Source of the DNA: an uncultured candidatus Porisulfidus sp.
GTDB taxonomy: Bacteria; Pseudomonadota; Gammaproteobacteria; Poriferisulfidales; Oxydemutatoraceae
NCBI GenBank assembly: GCA_965215125.1
Contig: OZ244052.1
Location: forward strand, 1,600,001-1,664,000
Direction: 5' to 3'
Length of the DNA: 64,000 nt
Shown here: positions 60,616 to 64,000 of the stretch, one piece after another
Layout: each line of letters opens with the position of its first letter
How positions within the stretch are numbered: position 1 is the first letter of the stretch
The notes under the pieces: model-generated
What the model saw: only the letters and a program-made list of their open reading frames with translations
Told to the model about the DNA's origin: nothing
Database searches by the model: none
Program-made: the position numbers and the translations under genes

Positions 60616-63600
60616 TCCATCTACCCTAAGCCGCAATGTCTCTGGCGTGCCTGCTTCTAAAACGATGAGGTCGCTTAAATCACCACTGTCCTTGTCCATG
60701 AAAAGGTCGGTGTTATCCGATGTTCTCGAAACCGAAATCTTCGCAGTGTCGTTGATAGCGTAGGGTCTTAGTGCAATCTTAGTGGGACGACCGGGGGTTG
60801 TTATATCGTAGTTAAACACCAACGGTGAAAAAGGCTGATCTTGAAATACTCTGGCATTATCAAGCTGTACATCGTCTACTACAAAAAACAGGACACTCAA
60901 ACCCCGATCGCGAATAGTTTGACCGGATAACACCGCACCGCAAGGTGGTAGTGGCGTGTCGGGATTTACATCGCAGGCCGGGTTATCGCTGTCGTCGCCT
61001 CTGGCATAGCGCAATGCAGCGTAAGTCCGCGAGGTGCCGAAATCCCAATCGTCGCTACTCCAATTCGCATAAATATCGGTGGCACCGGTCGGCATCTGCA
61101 ACTGGGCGGTCATCAGACCGGTGCCACCACCTAGACTCTCTGTTCTTCGGCTCGTTTCGGTATCCCAATAGCTATCAAGCACTAATCCTCTATTATTAGT
61201 ATCACTGGAACCGCTTAACCCTCCTGCCTGAGTACTTCTGACCTCGGCGATGGAATAACTGTTGATAACTCTTGCAGTTGGAGTAAGAAAGTCACCGATA
61301 AGACCTCCCGAGTCAACAAGATTGCCAGCATCAGAGACACTACCTGCCGCATAACTATTAACGACAGACCCAAAGTCTTCAAGTTGCCCCACCAGACCAC
61401 CCAAATCGCCGTTGCTTCCTGAAACATCGGTATCGGCATAGCTATTGATAATTCTGCCTTCGCTGAGGCCACAGATGCCACCGGCAAAAAAACCGGCAGA
61501 ACCGGTTAATTCGACAGTGCCATGGGCATAACTGTTGATGATTAACCCGTCACTTTCGTTTTCACCGGCTAAAGCACCTGCCCACCTGTCTGTTGCCTTA
61601 ACCGAACTATCCCCATCTACATAGACATTCATCAGCCTACCTTCATTACGACCGAACAGCCCACCGACCCGAGCATTACCCTCTACTCGTATTTCCGACA
61701 ACCCGAAATTACGAATAGTGCCGAGATTGCCGGCAAATAAGCCTATCCGGTCAGTGCCGTCTCTATTGATGTGCAAATTGGAAATGCGATATCCGTTGCC
61801 TTCAAAAACACTGTTAAAACAACGACTATTTGAATTCGTGCAGAAAACACTAATAAAACCTATAGGCGACCAACCTAGTTTCGTAGTATCGGCAAAATCA
61901 TTGTCGCTCAGCACCCAGTTGTCGTTGACCATAGCCGATATATAACTTTGCGTCGTCGTAAAATCTAAATCCCCGACCAACTCATAACCGTTGCATCCGG
62001 TGTCGGGACAACCGGTGGTGATTATTAGACCACCAGACCTTTCTCTATAACCGCTACCGTCCAACCGGTGGCGAATGGCATCCAGATTATCCAAATAATA
62101 TATTTCTATCAAACCGTCGTCGTCGCGATCCACATCTATAACCGACGGACCTAGCGTATAGCTTGACATATCCCCTTGCCCGTCGGTATGGTTCACGATT
62201 ACACGATAACGGATTGTGCTGGTCGTATTGCTTGATAATGCATAGCGCGCGGTGTTGGCATCGGGAATATCGGTCCAATTATCACCGCTGGTGATTTGCT
62301 GTTGCCACCGATAGGTAAATGTGCCGACACCGTCCGGGTCATCCGTAATATGGGCTACGACCAACGAGCCGGTACCTCTATTCAATCTCAGTTGTGGGGT
62401 GCCGTTAGGGACTCTCTCGGCAATGAACGCAAGGTCGGCGCGTACTGTCTCAAATTCATCGGCAACCGTTATCGTATAGACGATAGTTTGCGTCGTCCGC
62501 TCGGCTGCCACAAAGTCGGGCGGTATAACGACATTAAAGGTTTCGGTGACAGTCGTGCTTTGCCTCTGCTCAAGCACCGTGTCGCCCTGTTGTAACGAAT
62601 ACGGATAGTTCCCGCTACCACCGGCAATCCCAACCGTTAACGAGACCGGTTGCCCCTCATCAATGATATTATCCGCTCCGGGCATACTATCGAAGCGCAC
62701 AATCCTCAACCTATTCGCGGGACCCACTTCTATGTTCAACCTATAAGTGACATTTCCTGCCGTAATCGTCACAACCTCGGTGGTACCCGCTTGCAACATG
62801 ATGTCGTTGCTTAACTCACCGTTGTTCTTGTCGGCAAAATAGTTGCTTTCGGTATCGCTTTGTTTGGTAATTGAAATCGTCTCGGTACTGTTGATAGCGT
62901 AGGGTCTTAATTGAAACATCGTCGTAGACGGCATTTTTATATCGTAATTAAACACCACCGGTGAAAAGGGTTGGTCTCGTAATACTCTGGTGTTATCTTG
63001 TTGTACATCATCTACTACAAAAAACAAAGTACTCAAACCCCGATCGCGGATAGTTTGACCGGATAACACCGCACCGCAAGGCGGTAGTGGTGTGTCGGGA
63101 TCTACATCGCATGCCGGGTTGTCGCTGTCGTCGCCTCTGGCATAGCGCAATGCCGGATAACTATCCTCATCGCCGAAATCCCAATCGTCGCTACTCCATC
63201 TGGCATAGATGCCCATCGTAGCATTTTGATTGGTCGGCATCCACAACTGAGCGGTAGTCCGACCGCTGCCACCCCTAGAAGTGCTTCTTCCGCTCGTTAT
63301 GGTGTCCCAGTAGCTATCACGCACTGTTCCAGGAATAATGTTTCCAGATAATAAACCCTGTGCATTGTCACTTGCTGCGACTGTGGCGATTGAATAACTG
63401 TTTCTAATCTCTCGTACATCAAGGACTCTACCAATAAGACCGGCCGACATCGATGAACCACCGGAAACAGAGCCTGTAGCATAACTATTGATAACAAATC
63501 CGCCGTCAATATTCCCCACTAGACCACCCGTACCAACTCCTGTTCCTGAAACCTCGGCATCGGCATAACTATTGATAATTGCGCCGTTGTTTTCGCCACA

Positions 63601-64000
63601 GATACCACCAACAAATGAAGTACCCGAGACAGTACCACGCACATAACTGTTGATAATTAACCCGCTACTTTCGTTTTTACCGGCTAGAAGACCTATGTTG
63701 TCACTTCTCCCTGTAACCGAACTATCCCCATCTACATAGACATTCATGAGCCTACCTTCATTACGACCGACTAGACCACCAACACTTATACGACCTTCTA
63801 CTCGTATTTCCGACAGCCCGAAATTACGAATGGTGCCGGTATTGCCGGCAAACATGCCTAAATCTTGAGAGTTGTCTCTATTGATATGCAAATTGGAGAT
63901 GCGATATCCGTTACCTTCAAAAACACTGTTAAAACAACTACTAATTGGATTCATGCAATTAATAAAAAAAGAACCTATGAATGGCCAACCGAATTTATTA

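Larger units (their letters stand above)
53905..64000 (-). pseudogene. Giant modular surface protein 3, interrupted by an IS481-family element; 5' end lies beyond the window
   Basis: Removing 59475-60615 and one TCCAT copy rejoins ETLRLRVDG-LTYNFNLIRG in frame (paralog: ETLRVMAEGVTYNFNLIRG); frame open to base 64000; ends EVRIRTRVFLEGPLQ. Confidence 0.9.

Noticed and set aside
33399-64000. Giant proteins as RTX/T1SS substrates, autotransporters or DGR targets
   Set aside because: No GGxGxD repeats or C-terminal barrel, and Sec signals are present on the complete genes; loop variation includes indels, and no reverse transcriptase or template repeat is in the window.

Overview
Chromosomal window from a gammaproteobacterium, judged from the lysC-csrA-tRNA-Ser and leuB-asd-fimV-truA gene orders; a host-associated or marine lifestyle is only an inference. 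The left half (1.1-33 kb) is mostly housekeeping: truncated RNase R, tadA, mltF, a partial acyl-CoA ligase/Liv-type ABC operon, msrPQ, glyA, ribD, leuA, cysG, leuB, asd, truA, lysC, csrA, tRNA-Ser(GCT), a (6-4) photolyase islet and bioA. It is interspersed with at least three families of REP-like hairpins. The right half (33.4-64 kb) is a tandem array of three giant (about 3000-3500 aa), mosaic GLUG/beta-sandwich proteins; the two complete ones have Sec signals, and the third is split by an IS481-family element. A fourth, more divergent family member starts at the left window edge. Most notable observations: (1) an internally deleted tnpB bounded by 24-bp terminal inverted repeats and an 8-bp target-site duplication, i.e. 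DDE/IS1595-like ends rather than IS200/IS605 ends; (2) the giant proteins show hypervariable loops in a constant framework and share a C-terminal RVFLEGP[IL]Q tail that may be a sorting signal; (3) a REP family with compensatory base changes supplies or abuts the stop codons of several genes. All calls come from reading the sequence; no database searches were run.
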